Below are positions 1-9,475 of a stretch of 64,000 nt of DNA, piece after piece. The position numbers and the translations under genes are program-made. The notes under the pieces are model-generated. The model saw only the letters and a list, made by a program, of their open reading frames with translations, was not told where the DNA came from and made no database searches. Source of the stretch: Candidatus Heimdallarchaeum endolithica (GTDB lineage: Archaea; Asgardarchaeota; Heimdallarchaeia; Heimdallarchaeales; Heimdallarchaeaceae); assembly GCA_021513715.1 (NCBI GenBank), contig CP084167.1:224001-288000 (forward strand). The letters are read 5' to 3'. Each line of letters starts with the position of its first letter. The stretch's first letter is position 1.

Positions 1-1351
1 TATCTTCTATACACTTGTCTGCTTCTATTACATCTTCCACTTTTGAAGCTAGATTATACTTCAAAAGAAGCAAAATTAATAGCAATACTAATGATTTTGA
101 ACTTGTCCATTCATCACCTGTTCTATCTGCAATTCCAATTGCTTCATAAAGAAAAGACTGTGCTTTACCAAAGTTTTTTTTCAAAAATTCAATGAAACCT
201 TTTAAATACAAATAAAAACTCTTATTTTGCGAATATAGATTATTATCTTTATTTTGAAAACTTGAAACAAGTAAAGATTCTGCTTTATTTACCTTTTTTA
301 GATTTAAGAGATATTCAATATACTTGAGTTTTATTTGAAAAGAAAAACTATTTTCTACTTTAAAAAAGGAAAGTGATTCATCAAGCAAATCAAGGGATTT
401 TTGAAACTTTTCATTAACAAAATAGTAATCAGCAAGCTTTGAAAGCAAGATACCTTGCAACGAAGAACTATAAGAAGCATATTTTCTTAAAAGGTTTAAT
501 GATTTATCATAAAACAACTTTGCATCTTTAACATGTCCCATTTGAAGATAAAGATCTCCAATTTCAGAATTAACTTGAATAGCAAACCTTACTTCTTTTA
601 ACATATCTGCAAGTGCAAGAGAACGCAAAAACAGATGTTGAGCTGTTGAAAAATTGTTTTTTCTTAATGCAATTAATGCAGACAGTCTAAGTTCCATTGA
701 TTCTAAAATTCTATCTTCTAGTGTTCCTATAATTTCAGAAGTGTGAATAAGAAGATCTTTAGCATAAGAGATATGATTTTGTAGAAAATTTAAACTGATT
801 TCAATAATTAAAATATAAGAATAAAAAAGTTTGAATAGAACTTTATGTTTTTCTCTATTTTCAATATCTTCAACAAGGAAACTATTAACTATAACATCTT
901 TAGTTTCTCGAATATTGAATTCTTTTCCTGAATAAATATAATAAATAAGTTCAACACTAGTTAACAGTAGTTTCAATAAAGGATAGTTTGTTTTTTCTCT
1001 TAATTGATTCAATAAATTTTTATCTTTTCTAATGTCATCAGTGCTAGCAAGTTTTAGAAAAGCATACCATAAACCTATTTCAGCTGAATCAGTCTGTTTA
1101 TAGATCGTTTCTAGATTTTGTATATCTGATGTGTGGTATAATAGCCTACCTAGCGCAAGCATAAAATAAGAAGTGTGGTTATTTTCTTTACTAAAGATAT
1201 TAAGCAATAATGCTCTTATATCGTTTAGACTAGACATTTGGTTCAAAGAAGATAGTTTTTGAAATTGCTCTTTCTCATTATCATTAAATAACTTATAGAA
1301 TGGGAGTATTTCTTTGGGTATCTTTACATCTTGATTCAATATATGAGACAA
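1..1351 (-). CDS. TPR-like alpha-helical repeat protein (partial, runs off left edge; missing from ORF track)
   Basis: Manual translation of the minus strand gives a long open frame (TTG at 1351 or ATG at 1237) reading SHILNQDVKIPKE... with TPR-like segments such as NSEIGDLYLQMGHVKDAKLFYDKSL and YLKGFIEFLKKNFGKAQSFLYEAIGIA; no stop seen before position 1. Confidence 0.75.
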   Translation of the reverse strand, partial: MSHILNQDVKIPKEILPFYKLFNDNEKEQFQKLSSLNQMSSLNDIRALLLNIFSKENNHTSYFMLALGRLLYHTSDIQNLETIYKQTDSAEIGLWYAFLKLASTDDIRKDKNLLNQLREKTNYPLLKLLLTSVELIYYIYSGKEFNIRETKDVIVNSFLVEDIENREKHKVLFKLFYSYILIIEISLNFLQNHISYAKDLLIHTSEIIGTLEDRILESMELRLSALIALRKNNFSTAQHLFLRSLALADMLKEVRFAIQVNSEIGDLYLQMGHVKDAKLFYDKSLNLLRKYASYSSSLQGILLSKLADYYFVNEKFQKSLDLLDESLSFFKVENSFSFQIKLKYIEYLLNLKKVNKAESLLVSSFQNKDNNLYSQNKSFYLYLKGFIEFLKKNFGKAQSFLYEAIGIADRTGDEWTSSKSLVLLLILLLLKYNLASKVEDVIEADKCIED

Positions 1352-1433
1352 ACATAAATAAAAAATAAAAAGATATCTGTAGTTTTTAGTATTTAAGAGA
1401 ATTTTTTTATCTTATAAATTTAAAAGAAAAATA

Positions 1434-3425
1434 ATGGAGATTAGAGGAGAAAATATATTTATTAATATTTTAAGAAAAATTAATAACCACAAAATTACAA
1501 TTAATGAATTAAAATCGATTCTATTGAAATTTTACTTTATTTTTCATTCCTCTTTATATTCTTCAAAACAAATTAATAAAGAAACATCGTTAATAGAACT
1601 AATCAATTTAAGTCAAGATGATAAGCTTATACTTATTTCACTAGAGAAATTTGCTGTTCTAAAAAAAGAGTTTCCATTTAGTGTTTTTGAACAGATAGAA
1701 AATATAGTAAAAACACAGAGTGAAATTGAAATATTACAACTAATCCAAGAAAAAGCAAGATTAACAGGACAATATTTTACCAACAAGCATTTAGTGAAAA
1801 GGGTCTATAAATTATTGGACTTTTTTAACAAATCCTCTACAAAAACTAGGACAGTTATTGATATTTCCTCAGGAATAGGTGATTTTCTCTATCCAGCTTT
1901 TGAAGACCCATCTACTATTCCTTTTTCAGTAGAACTCGATCCAATTATTTTTGAGTTTCAAGTTTTTAAACTATTTTTTACATTACAGGATTATAGAAAA
2001 AGAAAATTACTACCTTTAATCACAATAAATGGAGACAGTATTTTTGGTTACAATGAAATTTTGATAAAGCAAATGTTAGAAAAAAAAGATACAAGTTTTT
2101 TGAAACTTTTATCTGAATTAAGAGAAAAAAGACAAGAAGCGATTTTTAGTAAGAAAGAACTTTCTTTTCAAATTATTAAAGAATGTTTAGAAAAAAGAAT
2201 TGAACTCTCAAAAAGGTATCCTTCCTTATCTAATTTTAATTTTTATATTTACTTCCCAGAGATTTTTTTTAATGAATCTCTTAAACTTCAGAAAAATTCT
2301 TTTGACTTTGTTATTGGAAATCCTCCATGGATAGAACACAAGAGAATCAATTATAAATATAAAGAATTCATGAGAAGAGAACCTTACAAAAGTAAAATCT
2401 TTGGAAAATATAATTTTGCCTTACCTTTTTTGATAATTGCAGAGAATCTATCCAAAGACAAAGTGGGGTTAGTATTACCTTTTGGAATCTTAACTGATTC
2501 TTATGGTAAAAAGTGGAGAAAACACCTTAGAGATTGTAGATACAATGTTGAAATTTACGCTGATTTAGACCATTCTTTTGATAATGTTTCAAATGAATTC
2601 TTCATGTTAATAATGCATTTTAAGAATAAATGCGATTATATCAAATTTTGTAAAGAAAAAGAAAAACATGAACTCAGAATAAATCATAATTTCATTTTCC
2701 CACCACTTTTCTTACTTTCTAATTTTTGTCCTGAAAATCAATGTGAAATCAGATCTCTCTTAGAAATTTTTCCTAAGTTAAGAGAGTATGCATTCATAAG
2801 AAGAGGATTAACGATAACAAAGAAATATAATGAAACATATAATAAAGAAAACAAATATTCAAATGAAATTAAATCTGTAGAAATAGTAAGACACAATATC
2901 TTTTCAAAGAATTACAAAGAAGGAGTTATAAATTTTGAAGTTTTTCCAGGAAAAGAAAAAATAGTTTATGACAAGAAAGTACTAGGCGCACCAGGAGATT
3001 TTCAAATATTTGAAAAACCAAAAATAGTTCGTAGGAATAGAGGAAAAAAGCATTTTATTGGTTTGGACTTAAAAGGTTACTATGTAAATGACATTTTTGA
3101 TATCATAATTCCTGATGAATATATAGATCTTTATGGCTTATTTGGTTATCTTTCTTCTTCATTTGTTCAATTTCTAGTAGAAAACTTTATTGTAAGAGAT
3201 ATAACTTCAAATCTTTTTAGAGAGTTACCTATTCCTTATCCTTCTTCTGATATCTGGGTAAAAATGAAAATTATTACAGAAAAATGGGTTAAATCAAATA
3301 AAGATTTTATTCAAGCTAAGATTTTTAGAAATAGTATTGATAAAGAAGTTTTTGATTATTTTAGATTATCACAAAAATTAACAAAAAAATGCTTTGAAAA
3401 AACTTCTCTTTATTGGATTGAATAA
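1434..3425 (+). CDS. N6-adenine DNA methyltransferase (gamma class, TaqI/Eco57I-like) with C-terminal target-recognition region
   Basis: Motif I-like VIDISSGIGDFL precedes motif IV FDFVIGNPPW; FNFYIYFPEIF; C-terminal FEKPKIVRR...LFGYLSSSFVQF...FRELPIP as in TaqI_C-type domains. Confidence 0.85.
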   Translation: MEIRGENIFINILRKINNHKITINELKSILLKFYFIFHSSLYSSKQINKETSLIELINLSQDDKLILISLEKFAVLKKEFPFSVFEQIENIVKTQSEIEILQLIQEKARLTGQYFTNKHLVKRVYKLLDFFNKSSTKTRTVIDISSGIGDFLYPAFEDPSTIPFSVELDPIIFEFQVFKLFFTLQDYRKRKLLPLITINGDSIFGYNEILIKQMLEKKDTSFLKLLSELREKRQEAIFSKKELSFQIIKECLEKRIELSKRYPSLSNFNFYIYFPEIFFNESLKLQKNSFDFVIGNPPWIEHKRINYKYKEFMRREPYKSKIFGKYNFALPFLIIAENLSKDKVGLVLPFGILTDSYGKKWRKHLRDCRYNVEIYADLDHSFDNVSNEFFMLIMHFKNKCDYIKFCKEKEKHELRINHNFIFPPLFLLSNFCPENQCEIRSLLEIFPKLREYAFIRRGLTITKKYNETYNKENKYSNEIKSVEIVRHNIFSKNYKEGVINFEVFPGKEKIVYDKKVLGAPGDFQIFEKPKIVRRNRGKKHFIGLDLKGYYVNDIFDIIIPDEYIDLYGLFGYLSSSFVQFLVENFIVRDITSNLFRELPIPYPSSDIWVKMKIITEKWVKSNKDFIQAKIFRNSIDKEVFDYFRLSQKLTKKCFEKTSLYWIE

Positions 3426-3465
3426 TAGGGTTAAACAACAGAAACAATAGAGGAATATTAATAAT

Positions 3466-3657
3466 TTAATCATCGATTCTTTCAAAAATGGTTTCCAATT
3501 CTTCTTGATCTTCTACCATTCTTTCTTGAATGAGAAATTCACTAAGAGCGTCTACTATTAGCTCTGTTCGATTTTTATAATTCCCCTTCTCCATCATTTC
3601 TGCTATCCATTTCATCATAGCTTCTGTCACTTTAAATGTAATCAGCTTTTTTTTCAT
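3466..3657 (-). CDS. Ribbon-helix-helix (CopG/Arc/MetJ) DNA-binding protein
   Basis: 63 aa; N-terminal alternating strand LITFKV then helices ...MEKGNYKNRTELIVDALSEFL (GxYxNRSE-type RHH pattern). Confidence 0.85.
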   Translation of the reverse strand: MKKKLITFKVTEAMMKWIAEMMEKGNYKNRTELIVDALSEFLIQERMVEDQEELETIFERIDD

Positions 3658-3677
3658 CTTAACCCCATATTCAATCT

Positions 3678-3704
3678 TAGATATCTACTATATCACAATT
3701 GTGA
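3678..3704. promoter_or_regulatory. Two perfect palindromes upstream of the RHH gene (candidate autoregulatory operators)
   Basis: TAGATATCTA (3678-3687) and TCACAATTGTGA (3693-3704) lie between a minus-strand AT-rich TATA-like tract (~3709-3718) and the start at 3657. Confidence 0.45.
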
Positions 3705-3828
3705 ATAGAAATAAATATGTTTTTGTCGTGAAGGAAATAGTATTAGCGCGGTATTACGAAAATTAATAAATAAAAAAATTATACAAAAGAATATTTTTTT
3801 TTGCGATTTTTTAAGATATTAAAATATC

Positions 3829-4944
3829 TTAATAATCTTCTTCATCTTTTAACGCTCTTGTTTTCCAACTAGAGTATTTGCTCATTATTTCTTCAAGATT
3901 TGAAGAAATACTTCTTGCCAAATCTGCCGCTTTAATTCTTTCTGCTTCATCTTTTTTATCATTATTAGAAGTTTGAATAATTGGTCTGGATTTGCTTTTT
4001 TCTATTTCTTTAACTATTTCCTCTTCTTTCTGTTCTTCAATTTTATTAAGCCATTTTTGGAAACGATTTAGTTCTTCTAGCTCTGAGCGATGATCTCTTA
4101 TCATTTGATATATCTCATTCCTTATTGGTCTAGAAGTATCCCAAATCATCTGCCAAAGCAAATCAGATTGGTATTCAGTTAATTTGTGGCCCATTCTTTT
4201 TCCTATCCAGTCAGCAAATTTCCAGAATTTCTCTGCTAAAATATCAGCTATTTTTTTTGATGCAGTTTTCTCATCATAGTTAATGCTTAACACAGTTTGT
4301 ACTCCTTCCAATTCTCTTACCACATATTTTCTAATGTAATCATATAAACGGGGAAAAGATTCAAGTTCTTCTTTTTCTTGAATTTGCTTATGTTCTGGAG
4401 TCTTTTCATCCACTTCAGCTTTTTTTGTTCTTATTTTTTGAACTAATTCATCTACAGAACTATAACCATTTTTCTTTGCTATCATTGCTAATGCAGAATT
4501 TATAGAATAAAGAAGGGTAGTTGGGTGTTCTAATTTTGATTCTTTGAGTAATTCTTCAACAGGTAGTTCTGAACCTATATTTCCTAAGGATAAAGCTGCT
4601 CTACTCTTTACTCTTACACTTGGGTCTTTTTTTAAGGAAACAAGTAAAGTTGTGATTGCTTGAGGAGAAGTAAACCTACCTAAAGCTCTAGCAGCAGCAA
4701 GTCTTATATCTTCATCGTCGTCCATCAAACAATAGATTAGTATCTCGATTGCTCTATGGTCTCCAATATCTGAAAGAGCAACAATAGCAGTGATTCTATT
4801 TTCTTTTATTTCTTGTTGAACACATTTAATTAGAGGTTCAACTCCTCTTTCATCCTTTAGTTCTCCAAGAGTAAGTATCGCATCTCTTCTAACTATTTGA
4901 TCAGAATCTTCTATTTGCTTGAGAACTTTTTTAATATTAACCAT
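3829..4944 (-). CDS. HEAT (PBS-lyase-type) repeat protein with charged helical C-terminal region
   Basis: Repeats VRRDAILTLGEL, NRITAIVALSDIGD, IRLAAARALGRF, VKSRAALSLGNIG. Confidence 0.85.
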   Translation of the reverse strand: MVNIKKVLKQIEDSDQIVRRDAILTLGELKDERGVEPLIKCVQQEIKENRITAIVALSDIGDHRAIEILIYCLMDDDEDIRLAAARALGRFTSPQAITTLLVSLKKDPSVRVKSRAALSLGNIGSELPVEELLKESKLEHPTTLLYSINSALAMIAKKNGYSSVDELVQKIRTKKAEVDEKTPEHKQIQEKEELESFPRLYDYIRKYVVRELEGVQTVLSINYDEKTASKKIADILAEKFWKFADWIGKRMGHKLTEYQSDLLWQMIWDTSRPIRNEIYQMIRDHRSELEELNRFQKWLNKIEEQKEEEIVKEIEKSKSRPIIQTSNNDKKDEAERIKAADLARSISSNLEEIMSKYSSWKTRALKDEEDY

Positions 4945-5073
4945 ATCATTATGTTTTAATTTTTTAAATATTTTAATCTATTGTTTTCCTTTGTTACTTT
5001 ACAGCAAAATAAAATGTAAAAAGATTTTTCAATAAAGGGAAAGTCTAAAAATATGAAAAAATAAGTAAATCTA

Positions 5074-6039
5074 ATGAGTGCAAATACTAACATTATTCCT
5101 CCTAAATTAAAAGAGAAACTAGAAAAACAGCAATATAGAATAGCTGGAAATCACTCTGCAGTAAAAATATGTACATGGTTAAAGCATGCATTAAAGGGAG
5201 AAGGTTTTTGCTATAAACAGCAATTTTATGGTATAGCTTCTCATCGTTGTTTGCAGTGTACTCCTGCAACAATTTGGTGTAATCTAAAATGTATATTTTG
5301 TTGGAGAAGCGCATCATGGTACAATAAAGAGTTAATGAGAGGAAAAGTTGACAAACCAGAATACATTATTAATCAAATGATAGAACACCAAAGAAGATTA
5401 ATTTCAGGTTTCAAGAATCATCCAAAAGTTGATCCTAAACTATACGAAGAAGCTTACAACCCAAAACATGCAGCAATTTCTTTAAGTGGAGAACCAACTT
5501 TTTACCCCTTATTACCTGAATTAATCCAAGAGTTCCATGACCGTGATATGACGACTTTTCTGGTAACTAATGGTACTAATCCTGAAATGTTAAAAAAACT
5601 CGACCCTCTTCCAACTCAACTTTATGTTACTCTAATAGCCCCAACCGAAGATAGTTTTAAAAAAACAGCTCGTCCTTCTTTTTCAAAGTTATGGAATAAA
5701 GTAATGGAAACAATCGAACTTCTTCCTTCACTTGATACTAGAAAAGTTGTTAGATTAACTCTAGTAGATGAAAACTATAACATGGTAGAACCAAAAGCTT
5801 TTGCAGACTTATTTTTGAAATCAGAAGCACATTTTCTAGAAGTAAAGGGTTTTATGAGTGTGGGAGACGCTAGAAAAAGACTTCCTTACGAAATCATGCC
5901 TAGATTTCCAAAAATATATGAATTTGCAAAGAAAATTATAGAAAATACAGAACTATCTATTATTGATACAAAAGAAGATTCAGCAGTAACATTAATAGCA
6001 AAAAAAGATTATAGCTGGAGAAAAAATTTAGGAAAATAG
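5074..6039 (+). CDS. taw1: 4-demethylwyosine synthase (radical SAM, tRNA-Phe wyosine biosynthesis)
   Basis: HSAVKICTW, CYKQQFYGIASHRCLQ, CNLKCIFCWR (CxxxCxxC), HAAISLSGEPT, TFLVTNGT. Confidence 0.96.
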   Translation: MSANTNIIPPKLKEKLEKQQYRIAGNHSAVKICTWLKHALKGEGFCYKQQFYGIASHRCLQCTPATIWCNLKCIFCWRSASWYNKELMRGKVDKPEYIINQMIEHQRRLISGFKNHPKVDPKLYEEAYNPKHAAISLSGEPTFYPLLPELIQEFHDRDMTTFLVTNGTNPEMLKKLDPLPTQLYVTLIAPTEDSFKKTARPSFSKLWNKVMETIELLPSLDTRKVVRLTLVDENYNMVEPKAFADLFLKSEAHFLEVKGFMSVGDARKRLPYEIMPRFPKIYEFAKKIIENTELSIIDTKEDSAVTLIAKKDYSWRKNLGK

Positions 6040-6047
6040 GTAATTCT

Positions 6048-6443
6048 TTACCTATCCAAAAGTGATTTCACAGATATTTGATCTAAGAAACCATGACGAG
6101 ACTTATCGCTAATCCAGTTTTGGGCAGCAAAATCACTAGTGAATACTTCGCATTTAGTTTTAATGTCTTTATTCTTTATCTTAAATTTCTTTTTTCCAAG
6201 AAAAGCAATGTTAGTAATTATTTCCCCTCTCTCTGCAAGTTTATCAGCAATAACTGCAGAAACATTATTAGCTGTATTTTTATCATAACTTGATAAATCA
6301 ATTAAGTAGAATAATCGTTTTTGAGTATTCCCTATCTGTTCATCCAGACATCTATCTAATTCATCAACCATCTTGTCATTAAATTCGCCTTCAAACTTCA
6401 TTCTAACTATAACTTGAGATAGATATTGTACATGAATAGTCAT
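6048..6443 (-). CDS. STAS/SpoIIAA-like domain protein
   Basis: Likely start MTIHVQ at 6443 (the ORF track extension to 6503 runs into the divergent promoter); pattern VRMKFEGEF...YLIDLS...IAFLG...VFTSDFAAQNW. Confidence 0.6.
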   Translation of the reverse strand: MTIHVQYLSQVIVRMKFEGEFNDKMVDELDRCLDEQIGNTQKRLFYLIDLSSYDKNTANNVSAVIADKLAERGEIITNIAFLGKKKFKIKNKDIKTKCEVFTSDFAAQNWISDKSRHGFLDQISVKSLLDR

Positions 6444-6514
6444 ATGTAAACCTCTCAACAATAACTGTTTAGAAGAAAATCCACAAAAGCATTTAAAAAG
6501 CATTTGATTAGAAC

Positions 6515-7039
6515 ATGATTAACAAAATGAATGAAATGGAAAACGATTATAAAAAGGAGAAAAAAAGTTTAAATCCTCAAATAAAAAGAAGATTCATAAG
6601 ATTCTCTATAGTTAGTCTAGGTGGTTTAGCTATTAATGAACTTATTATTTTTATTATGCTTAAAATACTTAATCAAATCGCAGAAGAAGATTTATTATTC
6701 ACAATAGGAAAAATAAAAATAGAAAAAATTATCATTTCAACTTTTCTTGCAATAATAATAGTAACAATTTACAATTTTGTTCTAAATAAAATATGGACTT
6801 TTAAAGAAAAAGAAGAAGGAATTGAAGTAAATGTTTTTACTCAATTTATCAAATTTAGTATAGTAGGAGCTTCAGGAACTCTAGTAAACTTAGGTGTAGT
6901 TTATTTATTGGCAACAATAATGAATATTAATGAATATGTATCTACAAGTATTGCATTCATACTATCAGTAATAAATAACTACATTTTTAATGAAATATGG
7001 ACTTTTAATGTAAAAAATAAAAATATGAGAAAGATTTGA
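6515..7039 (+). CDS. GtrA-family membrane protein (cell-surface glycan / lipid-carrier flippase-like)
   Basis: Two internal repeats: FIRFSIVSLGGLAIN...NFVLNKIWTF and FIKFSIVGASGTLVN...NYIFNEIWTF. Confidence 0.9.
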   Translation: MINKMNEMENDYKKEKKSLNPQIKRRFIRFSIVSLGGLAINELIIFIMLKILNQIAEEDLLFTIGKIKIEKIIISTFLAIIIVTIYNFVLNKIWTFKEKEEGIEVNVFTQFIKFSIVGASGTLVNLGVVYLLATIMNINEYVSTSIAFILSVINNYIFNEIWTFNVKNKNMRKI

Positions 7040-7159
7040 ATATATTGTTTTAGACATCTTTAACTAGAAGATAATTCATTTTTTAGCCATTTCTTTTAAA
7101 AAATACTTTTATAGTTATAAACGCATAATTAACTAGTTTATTTTCTGGAAGTGAATATT

Positions 7160-7437
7160 TTGAAAAATAAACTAAAAATTTTATTTTTTTTATATTTATA
7201 ATAAGTACAAGTAGTTTTCTTATTATAAAAAATGACACTATAGAAATCAAAAAATCAATTTTAACTAAAACAGAAGAAAAAATAAAACTTTCTTCCTTAC
7301 TTACTGATCATTCACCAATAGAAATAACCTCAAACAGCGATTTTAGTTCTTTTTCTGGTTCAGGAACAAAAAATGACCCTTAAATCATCGAAGGATATAA
7401 TATTACAACGACTAAAAAATACGCAATTTATGTTCAT
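7160..7437 (+). pseudogene. Remnant of a secreted parallel beta-helix (NosD/pectin-lyase-like) surface protein
   Basis: Signal-peptide-like start broken by a frameshift at the T8 tract (7184-7191); then HSPIEITSNSDF..SGSGTKNDP*IIEGYNI with TAA at 7381-7383 in place of the Tyr of the GSGTxxDPYIIEG motif; truncated shortly after. Confidence 0.7.
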
Positions 7438-7523
7438 GAATTTCAAGAGTGTAGAGATGTAGCAGTACAACTTTATGAACAAGGATATAACAAAAAAAAC
7501 TTGAAAGAGATATTTACTGAATT

Positions 7524-7709
7524 TTACTTTCTTTTGTATAAAAAATAAATAAATAGTGAGACTGTAACAAAGGTAAAGATCAAATAATATACTTCATCAT
7601 ACTTAAACCATAAAAATAATCCCAAAACGATAGTAAGTATGGAAACAAGTAAAAGCAAAAAATTTTCTTTTAATAATTGAGATTTTTCTTGTTTTTGTTC
7701 CTTATTCAT
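7524..7709 (-). CDS. Small two-TM membrane protein
   Basis: 61 aa with two hydrophobic segments; start overlaps the stop of the upstream gene (ATGA), suggesting translational coupling. Confidence 0.6.
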   Translation of the reverse strand: MNKEQKQEKSQLLKENFLLLLVSILTIVLGLFLWFKYDEVYYLIFTFVTVSLFIYFLYKRK

Positions 7710-9469
7710 TCTTTTTCCTCTTGTTTTTGGCTTAAAAATTCGAATTCATGTATTTTTAATTGTGATAAATGAAATGGAAATGGTTCTGGGATATAGGAAA
7801 ACTTTTTTCTCCAATCTTTTTTTTCTAAAGTCCATGTGTTGAAATCCAGTGGATTAAAAGGTTTGTTAAATCTTAATGGTTGTTTTATTTTTTCATTGCT
7901 CAATATTTTATCGATTTGCTCTCTAAATTTCGTATAGTAGAATATTTCTGATTCATTTAATATTTCTGCATATTTAGCATCATTAAATACATCATCTGCC
8001 TTCATGAAAAAAACTTCTGCTTTTGGAGGATTATTTTGCCTTAACGAAATTAATCCTGAAATACAAAATGCATATATTGGAAGTTTCTTGTTGTTAAACA
8101 ATATTTGATAAATTTCAGCTGCTCTTGTAAAATAAGATTCAGCTAATTCTAGATATTTTCTGTTATTTTTGCTATTTTCTCCCCACTTCATTAACCAATA
8201 ATGTCCTAATAATAGAGATAATTCAGGGTCGCTAATATCTAATCTTCTTGTTTTTATTATTTGTTCCATCTGCTCTATATTCTCTCTTATTTCGTAAATG
8301 TAAGCTCCATAAGATACTTTTGCATAAGTGTTTATCATATTTGAAGAAACACCAATAATACTGTCATCTCCCTTCGTTTGTATTTCACTTATATATTCCC
8401 ATATTTCATTCAATATTTCATCTATCTGGAATTTAAGATTTTTGAGAGATAAAGATTTTTTGTTATCTTTTATATCCCCTACACGTAAATCATTTCTAAA
8501 CTGACTTTTTACAAAATTTTGTAGTAACTGATAAAATCGTGTTTCCAAAAACAATGCTTTATACTGGAAATAATAAGGTTTAACATTTTCTTTATAAACT
8601 GAATTATCAAGTAAGTGTTCGATCGTTTGCATAGCTTGTGTGTTTTCCATTAAAGCTAAATTCAACTTCTCTTCATTTTTCTCGTTTAGAAACTTTATCC
8701 AAAGCAGTAATAGCTGTGCTTTTATTGAATGAAGTGAAGATTTAGATAGAAGTGTTCTAAATTTATTTATCTCTGAAAGTTCTTGTTTTAGTAGTAAGTC
8801 ATGTGTTGAGATTGCTTTGTTTAAAGCTTCTTCAAACAATTTATACCAAGATTCAAAATCTTTTTTTTTCAGATTAGGAATAGTAAAAAGAAAGTTGTAC
8901 AATGTTAGAACTAGTGTTTGAATATAATTCGTAGCTGATTGTATTATTGTTATTTTGTCTTTTTCTCTTTCTACTAGCTTTAAAACTGATTCTAGCTGAA
9001 AATAGTCAAGGAGAAATTGAAGATGCTGTTTTTCTTTTGATAGAAGTATCTCCAACTCTGCAATTGAGGGGAGTAAACTGTATGAAATGGTTTTATTTAT
9101 GCAAGCTTCTAAAGTAAAGTACGGATTCAGCCCTTTAAGTTTAGAAAATACTTCTGTAAAAGCAGATAGAGTAGGATAAAGTAATTTTTGAGAATGACAC
9201 TTTTCAACAGCATACCAAAGTTTAGCTAAAGTATTAACTACAAGATCAAAATATTCTTTTCTGTATATCCTTCTTACTTTGTTCAAAAGAGAAAAAAAAG
9301 TTTTGAATTTTGTTACTTGATGTATGAAATATTCTAAACCTACATTTTTTTTATTTATTTGTAATATTACTACGTCACATTGTTTTTGAACAATATTTAA
9401 TTGTTCTTTTGGTTCTAAACGCAGAAATTCTTCAATTTCTTTTTTTATTTTATTCTCCATTTTTTTCAC
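7706..9469 (-). CDS. Alpha-helical (TPR-like) hypothetical protein
   Basis: 587-aa ORF; YLELAESYFTRAAEIY and KAEVFFMKADDVF resemble TPR helices; closely follows the AOR gene. Confidence 0.65.
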   Translation of the reverse strand: MKKMENKIKKEIEEFLRLEPKEQLNIVQKQCDVVILQINKKNVGLEYFIHQVTKFKTFFSLLNKVRRIYRKEYFDLVVNTLAKLWYAVEKCHSQKLLYPTLSAFTEVFSKLKGLNPYFTLEACINKTISYSLLPSIAELEILLSKEKQHLQFLLDYFQLESVLKLVEREKDKITIIQSATNYIQTLVLTLYNFLFTIPNLKKKDFESWYKLFEEALNKAISTHDLLLKQELSEINKFRTLLSKSSLHSIKAQLLLLWIKFLNEKNEEKLNLALMENTQAMQTIEHLLDNSVYKENVKPYYFQYKALFLETRFYQLLQNFVKSQFRNDLRVGDIKDNKKSLSLKNLKFQIDEILNEIWEYISEIQTKGDDSIIGVSSNMINTYAKVSYGAYIYEIRENIEQMEQIIKTRRLDISDPELSLLLGHYWLMKWGENSKNNRKYLELAESYFTRAAEIYQILFNNKKLPIYAFCISGLISLRQNNPPKAEVFFMKADDVFNDAKYAEILNESEIFYYTKFREQIDKILSNEKIKQPLRFNKPFNPLDFNTWTLEKKDWRKKFSYIPEPFPFHLSQLKIHEFEFLSQKQEEKE

Positions 9470-9475
9470 TTTAAA

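Noticed and set aside
3466-4944. RHH plus HEAT genes as a toxin-antitoxin pair
   Set aside because: The HEAT protein has no toxin motif, and the genes are 170 bp apart with a separate promoter-like region.
7381-7383. Stop-codon readthrough (Sec/Pyl) in the beta-helix remnant
   Set aside because: The codon is TAA at a Tyr position, and the gene also has a frameshift and truncation.
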